A DNA stretch of 63,422 nucleotides. It comes from an uncultured bacterium (GTDB lineage Bacteria; Fermentibacterota; Fermentibacteria; Fermentibacterales; JCC-6). The translations under genes were made by a program, and so were the position numbers. Below the pieces are notes generated by a model. It had not been told where the DNA came from. It made no database searches and saw only the letters and a program-made list of their open reading frames with translations. The stretch lies in contig CAZNFQ010000003.1 in the NCBI GenBank assembly GCA_964571965.1, forward strand, positions 1 to 63,422. Reading direction: 5' to 3'. Position 1 is the first letter of the stretch. Every line of letters starts with the position of its first letter. Positions 37,500-46,839 of this stretch are shown here, piece by piece.

Positions 37500-39914
37500 A
37501 TGAAAAAGCTGGTAATTGTCGGCGGTGTCGCCGGAGGAGCAAGCGCAGCGGCCCGGGCAAGAAGGCTGGATGAGTCCCTGGAGATAACGGTTTTCGAGAG
37601 GGGCAAATACATCTCATACGCCAATTGCGGCCTTCCATATCACCTGTCCGGAACAATCCCAAGCAGAGACAGTCTGCTTCTGATGACCCCTGAACTCTTC
37701 AACCAGCGATTCAATGTTAAAATCCATACCAGCCATCTCGTTACATCCGTCAACCCTCACAGAAAAACCGTTTCAGTAAAAAATCTCACCAGCGGAGAAG
37801 AATTCGAGGAACCCTATGAAAAGCTGATCCTCTCCCCGGGATCGTCGCCCATGGTACCTCCCATACCCGGAGTTGACGATGGCGACGTTTACGTTCTGTG
37901 GACCATTCCGGACATGGATGCCATCAAGGGACGGATGGAGCCGGGGAGAAGAGCCGTTGTGGTGGGCGGAGGATTCATCGGTGTGGAGGTGGCTGAAAAT
38001 CTGGCAGAGGCCGGGGTGGAAACCACCCTTATTGAGATGCAGAAGACAATTCTGCCTCCGCTGGATGATGAGATGACCGTTCCCCTTGAGAAAGCACTGG
38101 TACAGGGGGGGGTCAACCTGCGCACCTCAAGTGCAGTAAAAGCTTTCAGAAGGGAACCCTCAGGACTTATAGTGGAACTGGATACAGGGGAGGAAATTCC
38201 AGTGGATTTCGCTGTGATGTCCGTTGGCGTGAAGCCAAACGGTGATCTTGCCCGGGGAACCGGAATGGAAGTTACGAAAAGGGGCTCCTTCGTGGTTAAC
38301 CGGCACATGGAAACCACGGTTAAGGACATATATGCAGTTGGGGATGCCGTCCAGGTTACCGATCCCGTAACAGGCAATCTGGTGAGCATACCCCTTGCAG
38401 GCCCGGCTAACAGGCAGGGCAGAATTGCAGCGGAAAACGCCCTGGGCGGAGACTCGGTCTACAAGGGCACCTTCGGCACATCCATCGTGAAAGTGTTCCA
38501 CCTGGCCGCGGGAAGCACCGGAGCCAGTGAAAAAACCCTGAAAGCCAACGGGATAGAATACAGAAAGCTTTACATACATCCGGTAAGTCATGCCTCCTAT
38601 TTCCCCGGAGGAGCAAAGATGACCATCAAGCTTCTTTTCGCCCCCGACGGAAAAATTCTTGGTATGCAGGCTGTTGGCGAAGACGGCATAGACAAACGGA
38701 TAGACGTTGTGGCCACTGCTCTCAGAAACGGCCTTACGGTGTATGATCTTCAGGAACTGGAACTCTGTTATGCTCCCCCCTTCGGCAGCGCAAAGGATGC
38801 GGTTAATTTTGCCGGGTTCGTGGCGGTGAACATCCTTTCAGGACTAACAGAGCAGGTACATGCCGATGAAATACCAGAAGACGCTTTTCTTCTCGATGTA
38901 AGGGAAGAAGAAGAAACGGTCTTCGGCTCCATACCCGGGAGCAGGCTCATACCCCTGGGTGAACTGAGACAGCGCATTGGTGAACTCCCCGGGAACAGTA
39001 AAATCGTGATTTACTGTGCTGTGGGCATACGCGGTTACGCGGCGGAAAGAATACTCAGACAAAAAGGCTTCCAAGCTGTGAACCTTTCAGGGGGTTTCGC
39101 TACCTGGAGCCTTTTCCAGAGGATCGGGAAATACAGGAACGCAGACGAAACACCTTCTATGCGGTCAATAACACCTTCTGCTCCCTGTGAGCCCTGCAAA
39201 TGCGTGGACGCAAACGGGCTTCAATGCCCCGGACCAATCGTGAGGGTAACAAGGGCAATGAAAGAGATGCAGCCGGACGAGACCCTGAAAGTAACCGCAA
39301 CTGACAGGGGTTTTGCAAGCGATCTTCCAGCATGGTGCATCTCCACAGGGAACGAGCTTTTATCCATGGAAGAAAAGAAGGGTATCTACAATGCCCTTGT
39401 AAGGAAGGGTACAGGGAAACCGGCATCCGGGAAATCCTCCAGCGGGAAAAGTACGGCCATAGTCCTTTTCAGCAATGACATGGACAAGGCAATGGCCGCA
39501 ATGATAATGGCCACCGGTTATGCGTCCCTTGGTCACAAGGTAACAGTTTTCAGCACCTTCTGGGGCCTCAGTGCATTCAGGAACGAAAACAGCAAACCCC
39601 GCGGCAAAGATATCATTTCGAAAATGTTCGGCATGATGCTTCCAAGAAGTGCCGAAAGGCTCGCCCTCTCCAAAATGAACATGATGGGTGCCGGTACTGC
39701 AATGATGAAGCATGTTATGAAGCAGAAGAATGTTGATACCCTCCCTGAGCTTATTACCCAGGCAAGAGAAATGGGCGTGCGTTTCGTTGCATGCGAAATG
39801 TGCATGAACATAATGGGGCTGCAGAAGGAAGAGCTGATGGACGGAATAGATGTGGCCGGTGTGGCAGAGTTTGCTTCCATCAGCGAAAACGCCGACGCCA
39901 CACTCTTCATATAG
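37500..39914 (+). CDS. CoA-disulfide/persulfide reductase fused to rhodanese, TusA/SirA and DsrE-like domains
   Basis: GGVAGG, SYANCGLPY, GGGFIGVE, YAPPF; rhodanese LDVRE...YCAVGIRG; TusA GLQCPGP; DsrE2 FSTFWG...FVACEMC. Confidence 0.93.
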   Translation: MKKLVIVGGVAGGASAAARARRLDESLEITVFERGKYISYANCGLPYHLSGTIPSRDSLLLMTPELFNQRFNVKIHTSHLVTSVNPHRKTVSVKNLTSGEEFEEPYEKLILSPGSSPMVPPIPGVDDGDVYVLWTIPDMDAIKGRMEPGRRAVVVGGGFIGVEVAENLAEAGVETTLIEMQKTILPPLDDEMTVPLEKALVQGGVNLRTSSAVKAFRREPSGLIVELDTGEEIPVDFAVMSVGVKPNGDLARGTGMEVTKRGSFVVNRHMETTVKDIYAVGDAVQVTDPVTGNLVSIPLAGPANRQGRIAAENALGGDSVYKGTFGTSIVKVFHLAAGSTGASEKTLKANGIEYRKLYIHPVSHASYFPGGAKMTIKLLFAPDGKILGMQAVGEDGIDKRIDVVATALRNGLTVYDLQELELCYAPPFGSAKDAVNFAGFVAVNILSGLTEQVHADEIPEDAFLLDVREEEETVFGSIPGSRLIPLGELRQRIGELPGNSKIVIYCAVGIRGYAAERILRQKGFQAVNLSGGFATWSLFQRIGKYRNADETPSMRSITPSAPCEPCKCVDANGLQCPGPIVRVTRAMKEMQPDETLKVTATDRGFASDLPAWCISTGNELLSMEEKKGIYNALVRKGTGKPASGKSSSGKSTAIVLFSNDMDKAMAAMIMATGYASLGHKVTVFSTFWGLSAFRNENSKPRGKDIISKMFGMMLPRSAERLALSKMNMMGAGTAMMKHVMKQKNVDTLPELITQAREMGVRFVACEMCMNIMGLQKEELMDGIDVAGVAEFASISENADATLFI

Positions 39915-39959
39915 GGCATGCTGGTACGGGCATCTTGCTGATTTGCTTCCGGGGGCGTA

Positions 39960-40475
39960 TTGTTTTTTAAAGATCAACCGGTAACCCGGCACCATCGCAG
40001 TGCTGAAAACTTTTGTGCAGAAGGGACAGATCACCAAATGTGTGCTGCCGAAACCTGCCTAAGGAAATGGCAGAAAATCCTGCGGCTTCAGGATTGGGAC
40101 ATAGAGATTGTAACTGTGGTGAAGCCCTGGCGAAAATCAGGCGATGTGAAGATCGACATGGATAACCGGATGGCCGCCGTGATGATCCATGAATCTGTTC
40201 CTGAAGAGCATCTGGAAGAGGTGGTGCTTCATGAGCTTCTTCATCTGAAGCTTTACGGCATGGATCAGATGGTAGAGTATGCAATAGAACTCATCTACGG
40301 CTGTGACACCGGAACCATGGACCCGAAAAAGGAATTCGCCACAGGAGCATTCATGATGGAGCTTGAATCAACGGTTGAAGACCTTACCAAATCCCTTCTC
40401 ACGGCATACGACGGCAGAAATAAGTTCTGGAACAAACGGGTGGACAGGCAGATCAAAGAGGAGCTCGGCGGTTGA
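39960..40475 (+). CDS. Hypothetical protein with HExxH zincin motif
   Basis: VVLHELLHLKL; start uncertain (TTG 39960 or later ATG). Confidence 0.7.
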   Translation: MFFKDQPVTRHHRSAENFCAEGTDHQMCAAETCLRKWQKILRLQDWDIEIVTVVKPWRKSGDVKIDMDNRMAAVMIHESVPEEHLEEVVLHELLHLKLYGMDQMVEYAIELIYGCDTGTMDPKKEFATGAFMMELESTVEDLTKSLLTAYDGRNKFWNKRVDRQIKEELGG

Positions 40476-41623
40476 TAAAGGGCTCTGATAAAGTCAATGT
40501 TCTCTGCGTTCCATGCTGGTATCCCGATCCTTCCGGGGCAACCCCCCGGAAGGGTGTTCAAATCAGGGAACATGCAAAGGCTGCTCATCTTTACGAAAAT
40601 ATAAACCTCATCGTTCTCCGCAATCTGGTTAAAGAATATCGCAATCCGGGAATTAAGCGCTATTCCGTGGATGGTATTGGTATCATTGATATAATGCCCC
40701 CTGCCACAGGCTCGGCAGCATTCAATCTGCTGGCAAAAACGCTTCTCTGGCAAAGAGGTTTGGCTATTGCCCTGAAGACCTGGGGAAAACCTGACGTAAT
40801 TCACGCACAGGACTTTTCTTCTTTCCATGCGGTTAGGTCAGCCTGTGCCCTGGGAATCCCATCGGTTGTGAGTCAATACTGGTCCGGGTTCCATGACAGG
40901 CTGGCGGACAAATCCATCCAACGTAAAACCAGAATGGCATTCAACAGGGCCGAAGTAATTCTTTCTTCCTCTATCCAGGGCAAAACGGACTTAAGACGTT
41001 ATGGAATACGAGGAGATGTCAGATGGATCCCCATCTCCATAAACACCAGCTTATTCACCTCAGCCACAGCCGATAACAGAAACCGTGATCTCTTTCATTT
41101 CTCGAGTTTCAGTCAGAATGAAAGGGTCACGGATATAATCGAGGCCTTCAGCAGAATCCAGCATTTGTATCCCGAGTCAGTTCTTCATCTGGCGGGGGAA
41201 GGAGGCTGGAAGCACGAACTCATTGAAACCGCTTCGAGAAAACTGAAACCGGGTTCTTACTCCTTTCCCGGGTCCCTCACTGCGGAAAACAGGGCTGAAA
41301 TGCTAAGAAGCTGCTGCGGATTCGTCTATCCATCAATTAACAACTTTCATTCCGTGGATCTTATTGAAGCCTTGGCATGCAGATGCCCCAGCATAGGAAC
41401 AGAACACTCCCTGAAGCCCTTCAATGGAGATCCCGACTGGATCCTTCAGGTACGGCCGGGAAGAATCAAAGAACTGGCAATACAGATGAAAAGACTCCTG
41501 GACAGCACACATAATCTGGACACGGGGAAAATTCAGCGGAGAATACATGAACGCCACAGCAGAGAATATGTGGGAGGCCTCATCCATCAGGCTCACCTGG
41601 ATGCCATGAAGAGAAAAAACTAA
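40472..41623 (+). CDS. Glycosyltransferase family 4-like
   Basis: PCWYP, KPDVIHAQ, LHLAGEG, LIEALACRCPSI; TTGA overlap. Confidence 0.85.
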   Translation: MIKGSDKVNVLCVPCWYPDPSGATPRKGVQIREHAKAAHLYENINLIVLRNLVKEYRNPGIKRYSVDGIGIIDIMPPATGSAAFNLLAKTLLWQRGLAIALKTWGKPDVIHAQDFSSFHAVRSACALGIPSVVSQYWSGFHDRLADKSIQRKTRMAFNRAEVILSSSIQGKTDLRRYGIRGDVRWIPISINTSLFTSATADNRNRDLFHFSSFSQNERVTDIIEAFSRIQHLYPESVLHLAGEGGWKHELIETASRKLKPGSYSFPGSLTAENRAEMLRSCCGFVYPSINNFHSVDLIEALACRCPSIGTEHSLKPFNGDPDWILQVRPGRIKELAIQMKRLLDSTHNLDTGKIQRRIHERHSREYVGGLIHQAHLDAMKRKN

Positions 41624-41826
41624 GACCCCGGCAGTACCTTTATAGTGGCAAAGGTGCCGTTCTCGAATTCCGCCTGACGAATCTCTACATCAGCTCCATT
41701 GGAAAGAGCTTCTGCTGCAACAGTATGGCTATCATTTTGCAAGCGCTATTCTCCTTCTGCACTTCACCGATGCATTTATCAGGAATAAACCTTCCAGGAG
41801 GATATCACCCTGACAGTTAACCAATA

Positions 41827-42771
41827 TCAATTCTGTCGAGGGCAGTAATTAAGAAGCACTATCTTCCCAGGGTCATAGACCTCATGGGAGAATGCACTAA
41901 CCGCCAATAACACTGAACCATCCGACGACAATGACATTGCCAGAGGACTGTTCTCCAGTGGGAGTTCTGCAACTGACCGCCATAGCTCGTTCCCAAGTTT
42001 GTCGAAACGTATTATGAACACATCGGTTTCCACAGGGGGCATGAAGAAACCGTCATCCCTCTCGTATCCTGTATAGCCTGCTACAGTTATTCCTTGTGTA
42101 TCCACCTGCACGATCTCTCCTGAACCATGGAAGCGCAGTGAATCCGATTTTTGAAAAAGGAGCTCACCGCTTTGGGAAAAACCTATCAGAAACATGTTCA
42201 GATTCATTCCCAGCCGGTCGGTGACCCCGGTGAAAACCACACCGCCATCAGACATCTCAGCCAAATCATTCACGGAAATTACAGGACCGCCAAGGAGCTG
42301 GAATTCACTATCGAAAACTGTGTCCCCTGATGAATCAAGTCTGACCACACGCCAGATCCCCTGATTTACCCATGGGCTGAAAACTGCGGAGCAGCCCCCG
42401 GCTACAGAGGGTATTACCATTCCGGGGAACTCCCCATCACAGGTTGAGAAGCCGAGATCAGTTAACCAAATGGAGTCTGCATCGACCAGGCAGGCGATTC
42501 CATGGGAATAACCTTCCTCCATTTCCAGCGGCGATGCTGTGAACGAGAAGGAAGCAGGGAGGGAGTCAATGGGGAAACACTCCCTGATTCCCATGCCCTC
42601 GCCACCTGCATTGAAGATGTACTCAGTGGTCCCGGAATCGGAGAGGATCTCCAGATGATAATTTCCGCCTTCATCCATATAGCAGTCAACCGGTGAGCCA
42701 TCACTCTGAACTTCAGCGATCACATTCCATCCCGGAAGACAGACAACAGCAGCCAAAATACCGAAAATCAC
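41827..42771 (-). CDS. Hypothetical exported protein with beta-propeller-like repeats
   Basis: Hydrophobic N-terminus; repeats VVRLDSSGDTVF, FSQSGELLF, IIRFDKLGNELW; GTGA overlap with VanW gene. Confidence 0.7.
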   Translation of the reverse strand: MIFGILAAVVCLPGWNVIAEVQSDGSPVDCYMDEGGNYHLEILSDSGTTEYIFNAGGEGMGIRECFPIDSLPASFSFTASPLEMEEGYSHGIACLVDADSIWLTDLGFSTCDGEFPGMVIPSVAGGCSAVFSPWVNQGIWRVVRLDSSGDTVFDSEFQLLGGPVISVNDLAEMSDGGVVFTGVTDRLGMNLNMFLIGFSQSGELLFQKSDSLRFHGSGEIVQVDTQGITVAGYTGYERDDGFFMPPVETDVFIIRFDKLGNELWRSVAELPLENSPLAMSLSSDGSVLLAVSAFSHEVYDPGKIVLLNYCPRQN

Positions 42772-43574
42772 TTTAAATCCTCCTCGGAAACATCATAGAG
42801 AACCCTGCACCTGTTCTTCATCAGAAGTTCCTCTCCGGTAACTTCTCCTGTGCGGCGGTCTTTTCTTATCCTCCAAAGCTCATTCATACGGTAAACAGAA
42901 TCTCCATGGGCCTTGAACCTGTGATTCCGCTCTTCCACTGAAAAGACACAGGGGGGAAGCTCATTGCAGCGAATCTCTCCGCAGAGATATTCGGCACCTA
43001 CTGATACAAGGATCTGAAAGGTGTACTGTGTGTCATTCCTCAGTGCGAAATCCAGATAGTTATAGAATACCGTGGCACCTGTCCCGAAGGGAACCGTCCT
43101 TCTGTAGTCAGGAAAGGGATCAGTGGAATGGCGGTGTCTCTCCAGTACTGTAAGAGGAGTATGAAGAACCATCCAGTGAAGCAGATTGGAAAGCTGACAC
43201 AATCCACCGCCTTCCATGGAAACCAGAGAACCGAAGGATAACTGCAGCCCGGGGGGAAAGCCCCTTGAAGCAGATGGTCTTCCCACAAGTTTCCAGAAGG
43301 AGAAAGTCTCACCGGGACTTATCACAACGGAATTCAGTTTCGGACATGCCGCTTCGAGGCTCTTCACTTTGTTCCTTTGGAGGGTCATGTGAGTACCTTC
43401 GAGCTTTCTCAGGAGAAGAGACCTGTGATCAACAAGAGAATGCTCAAGGGGGTTTGCTGACTTGTGAAGGGCATATGACAAACCGCCGAACCGCCAGATG
43501 AGATGTCTTTGAATTCTGCGAAGACCAACGGACAGCCTGTAGAAAGCGGGATTAAGTGACGACAATGGTCTCAT
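42768..43574 (-). CDS. VanW family protein
   Basis: PGETFSFWKLVG, GGGLCQLSNLL, ERHRHS, GTGATVFYNYLD. Confidence 0.9.
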   Translation of the reverse strand: MRPLSSLNPAFYRLSVGLRRIQRHLIWRFGGLSYALHKSANPLEHSLVDHRSLLLRKLEGTHMTLQRNKVKSLEAACPKLNSVVISPGETFSFWKLVGRPSASRGFPPGLQLSFGSLVSMEGGGLCQLSNLLHWMVLHTPLTVLERHRHSTDPFPDYRRTVPFGTGATVFYNYLDFALRNDTQYTFQILVSVGAEYLCGEIRCNELPPCVFSVEERNHRFKAHGDSVYRMNELWRIRKDRRTGEVTGEELLMKNRCRVLYDVSEEDLK

Positions 43575-45034
43575 TTTGCCAGATCGTCCAGCTCCTCCGC
43601 CAGTTTCACCGTGTCATTGAAGAGAGGCTCTATGTCCCCGGGCAGAAGGTATCTCGAACCTGAATCAAGTATATCATAACAACCGGGAGTTATGTGAACT
43701 GAGACAGAAGACCAGTCGATCTGAAGTCTTCCCAGTCGGGGTGCCCATCTGTCAAGGAAATCCATGACAGGTTTCAGGGCTTCCATCTCTCCGTTTTCCA
43801 GTCTTGCGGCAACTTCCGGCTCGGCATATCTGAAGGGAAACAAATCGTCGAACTCACTGTTTCCAGTTGTGAACCTGTGCATATCCTCAGGAGGATTCCC
43901 CGGGGGTTCGGTCTTCAAATAGAATAGTGATTCTTCAATATCCACTTCCATGGCATACTCATCGCCGGGATTTATCTCAATTTCCCTGCCCCTGAAGGTT
44001 CCCCTTATCTCACCCGGTCCGTTTCCGTAAGTTCGGTGTTCAAAGCCGCTGGAGGCGGCAAAGGCTGCCATGGCTTGCCGGCATGCCTTGCCATGACCGG
44101 TCTTCCCCGAAAACAAAGAACGGAAGGTGAGGACAAGAGGGATCCCGAATGCCAGGGCAACCACGGCAATTGGAGCAAGAAGAATCAGAGCATCGGTGAA
44201 GCTGCCCTTCCCTGAACTGTTCACGATAACCGCGGCAATGAAATAAAGCAGAATAACAGCCAAGGCCAGAAGCACATAGGGCCGATATCCTCTTTTTACC
44301 TTTTCAGGAAGTGCTCTTCCCTTCCAGCCTGCCAGCTCTTCCTTCTCCTCCTTCCTGTCTCTGATACGCCTTTCTGCGAGAAGCTGCTTTTCCGTTTTTC
44401 CATGGAAACAGGCAAACCACTCCTGAACCTTTTTCACGGGATGAAGCCGTTTCCATATGGCATCGGGAATGTACACCTCTGAATCACAGTATCCGCAGGT
44501 CATGATCCTCTCATTCCCGGCAGAAATGGACAAAGCTCCCGAGCACTGGGGACAGCTCATTACAACCGGCTTCTGTGAATCGGCCCCTGCCAGGGACGAC
44601 CCTCCATCTGGCATTTCAGATCCCGGAGGGATTTCCCGGGATATGAACCAGCACAGTGAAGGAACTTCGGAGGTCAGCCAGTGCGGGGCGCTGCAGAGAT
44701 GATAGACGGTTCCGCATTCGCATTCGATGTCACCGGGAGAGTCAGGAATGACAAGGGGTTTTTTACATGAGGAGCATCTGGGAGTGAGTCTCCATACGCC
44801 GTATTTGTATGTTCCGCTTCCGGACATGAGGGTTCCGCCGGACCCCTCTCCTTCGGCTAATCCTTCATACTCCTCTTCAAAGTCATTCATGAAGCCTGCA
44901 AAAATATCAGCAGGAATACTGACCTTCTCGAAACAGGAGCCGCAGGTGAGTTCCCTGAAGGGACCGTTCACCGGAACAGGATGACCGCAGCTCCCGCAGG
45001 AGGTTCTTATCTGGAAACAGCCGTACCTGTTCAT
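43571..45034 (-). CDS. Multi-zinc-ribbon membrane protein
   Basis: Six Cys pairs (CGSC x2, CSSC, CEC, CPQC, CGYC) in N-terminal half, two central TM helices. Confidence 0.75.
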   Translation of the reverse strand: MNRYGCFQIRTSCGSCGHPVPVNGPFRELTCGSCFEKVSIPADIFAGFMNDFEEEYEGLAEGEGSGGTLMSGSGTYKYGVWRLTPRCSSCKKPLVIPDSPGDIECECGTVYHLCSAPHWLTSEVPSLCWFISREIPPGSEMPDGGSSLAGADSQKPVVMSCPQCSGALSISAGNERIMTCGYCDSEVYIPDAIWKRLHPVKKVQEWFACFHGKTEKQLLAERRIRDRKEEKEELAGWKGRALPEKVKRGYRPYVLLALAVILLYFIAAVIVNSSGKGSFTDALILLAPIAVVALAFGIPLVLTFRSLFSGKTGHGKACRQAMAAFAASSGFEHRTYGNGPGEIRGTFRGREIEINPGDEYAMEVDIEESLFYLKTEPPGNPPEDMHRFTTGNSEFDDLFPFRYAEPEVAARLENGEMEALKPVMDFLDRWAPRLGRLQIDWSSVSVHITPGCYDILDSGSRYLLPGDIEPLFNDTVKLAEELDDLAK

Positions 45035-45046
45035 CAGTTCTCCAGT

Positions 45047-46723
45047 CTAGAAAAGTCCCGTAACCCGTCCGGATGAATCAACGTCCATATTCATTGCCGC
45101 AGGGTGCTTCGGCAGACCCGGCATGCGCATGATCTCTCCGGTAATAGGCACCAGGAAACCGGCTCCAGCAGAAATTTCTATCTCTCGCACGGTAACCACG
45201 AAATCCTTTGGTCTACCCAGAAGGAGCGGATTATCAGAGAGGGATTTCTGTGTTTTTGCGATGCACACCGGCAATTTGTCATAACCGAGCCTTTCAATTA
45301 CCTTAAGGTCCGATTTTGCCAGCGAAGTGTAGTCTATGTGTTCCGCCCCGTAAATCTGCTTTGCCACAGTTTCTATTTTTTTCTTCACATCCCAGTTCCA
45401 GTCATAAAGGGGACGGAAACACCCTGAGCAGTCACGGGCATTGGTGCGAACCAGATTTGCCAGTTCTTCCATACCCGCACCTCCGTTTTCGAAGCCGTCT
45501 CCCAATGCTGCGGGAATCCCAAGCTCCCTGCATCTTGAAAGAACCACCGAAAGCTCTTCATCGGTGTCTGATGCGAACCGGTTAAGGCAAACCACAGCGG
45601 GAAGACCGAACTTTGAAATATTTTCCAGGTGCTTCTCCATGTTTGGAAGACCTGCGGCAACAGCCTGGGGATCGGCTTTGCTCCTCTCTTTTCTTTTAAG
45701 GCCTCCGTGCATCTTCAGCGCCCTGCAGGTAACCACAAGTACAACCAGGGACGGGCAGAGATCGCCGTACTGACACTTTATATCGAAGAATTTCTCCGCG
45801 CCCAGATCAAAACCGAATCCCGCTTCGGTTACTGCCCAGTCGGAGAAGGCCACAGCCATTTTCGTTGCCAGTATTGAATTGCATCCGTGGGCGATGTTTG
45901 CAAAGGGGCCACAGTGCACGAAAGCGGGATTGCCCTCCAGAGTCTGCACAAGATTGGGTCTTATGGCATCCTTGAGAAGCATCGCCATGGCTCCGGTAAC
46001 CCCGATATCAGAAGCGGTAACCGGTTCTCTGTCGTAGGTGAGTCCTATGAATATCCGGTTCATCCTTGCCTTAAGGTCATCCATATCCCTGGAAAGAGCA
46101 AGGATCGCCATTATCTCTGAAGCTGCGGTAATGTCGAAACCGCTCTCCCTGGGTACCCCCTGGGTTCTCCCGCCAAGTCCTATGATGGTGTCTCGCAGGG
46201 ATCTGTCATTCATATCCATAACACGCCGGAATGACACTGTTCTGGGATCTATTCTGGAAGGGTTGCCCTGGTGCAGATGATTGTCCAGTGCCGCTGCAAG
46301 CAGGTTGTTCGCTGCTGTAATTGCATGCATGTCTCCGGTGAAGTGCAGGTTTATGTCCTCCATGGGAATGATCTGCGAGTAACCGCCTCCTGCTGCTCCG
46401 CCCTTCACTCCGAAAATAGGTCCCAGAGATGGTTCTCGTACAGCGCAGCAGGCGTTCTCGCCTATTCTGGCAAGTCCCTGGGTCAGTCCAATGGTTGCTG
46501 TGGTCTTGCCTGCCCCTGCGGAAGTGGGGGTAATGGCTGAAACCAGAACGAGCTTCCCCTGACCCCTTGCGCGATTCTCCAGTGTATCCAGATGCACCTT
46601 CGCCTTATCAGCTCCGTAGAGGTCTATATCAGATGATTCAAGCCCCAGTTGTGAGGCAATCTCCAGAATTGGTCTGGGTTTCGCTCGGTTCGCTATCTCA
46701 ATGTCTGTTGGAAAATCCGCCAT
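45047..46723 (-). CDS. fhs: Formate--tetrahydrofolate ligase
   Basis: AITPTSAGAGKTT, GGAAGGGYSQ, HFTGD, GPFANIAHG, EAGFG, MRMPGL. Confidence 0.97.
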   Translation of the reverse strand: MADFPTDIEIANRAKPRPILEIASQLGLESSDIDLYGADKAKVHLDTLENRARGQGKLVLVSAITPTSAGAGKTTATIGLTQGLARIGENACCAVREPSLGPIFGVKGGAAGGGYSQIIPMEDINLHFTGDMHAITAANNLLAAALDNHLHQGNPSRIDPRTVSFRRVMDMNDRSLRDTIIGLGGRTQGVPRESGFDITAASEIMAILALSRDMDDLKARMNRIFIGLTYDREPVTASDIGVTGAMAMLLKDAIRPNLVQTLEGNPAFVHCGPFANIAHGCNSILATKMAVAFSDWAVTEAGFGFDLGAEKFFDIKCQYGDLCPSLVVLVVTCRALKMHGGLKRKERSKADPQAVAAGLPNMEKHLENISKFGLPAVVCLNRFASDTDEELSVVLSRCRELGIPAALGDGFENGGAGMEELANLVRTNARDCSGCFRPLYDWNWDVKKKIETVAKQIYGAEHIDYTSLAKSDLKVIERLGYDKLPVCIAKTQKSLSDNPLLLGRPKDFVVTVREIEISAGAGFLVPITGEIMRMPGLPKHPAAMNMDVDSSGRVTGLF

Positions 46724-46839
46724 GGTATTCCCTCCGGAAATGGGACAATTCTACAATTTACAGAAGCAACATGAAGCAGCACCGGGGAATCCGCAAGGGA
46801 GTATTGTCTGCCAGGCCGGAGATGCAGGAAGGATACAGG

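Noticed and set aside
46724-46839. ZTP (pfl) or THF riboswitch upstream of fhs
   Set aside because: Read on the minus strand, I found no GACUGGCG/GUGG..CCAC.GGG or THF consensus elements.
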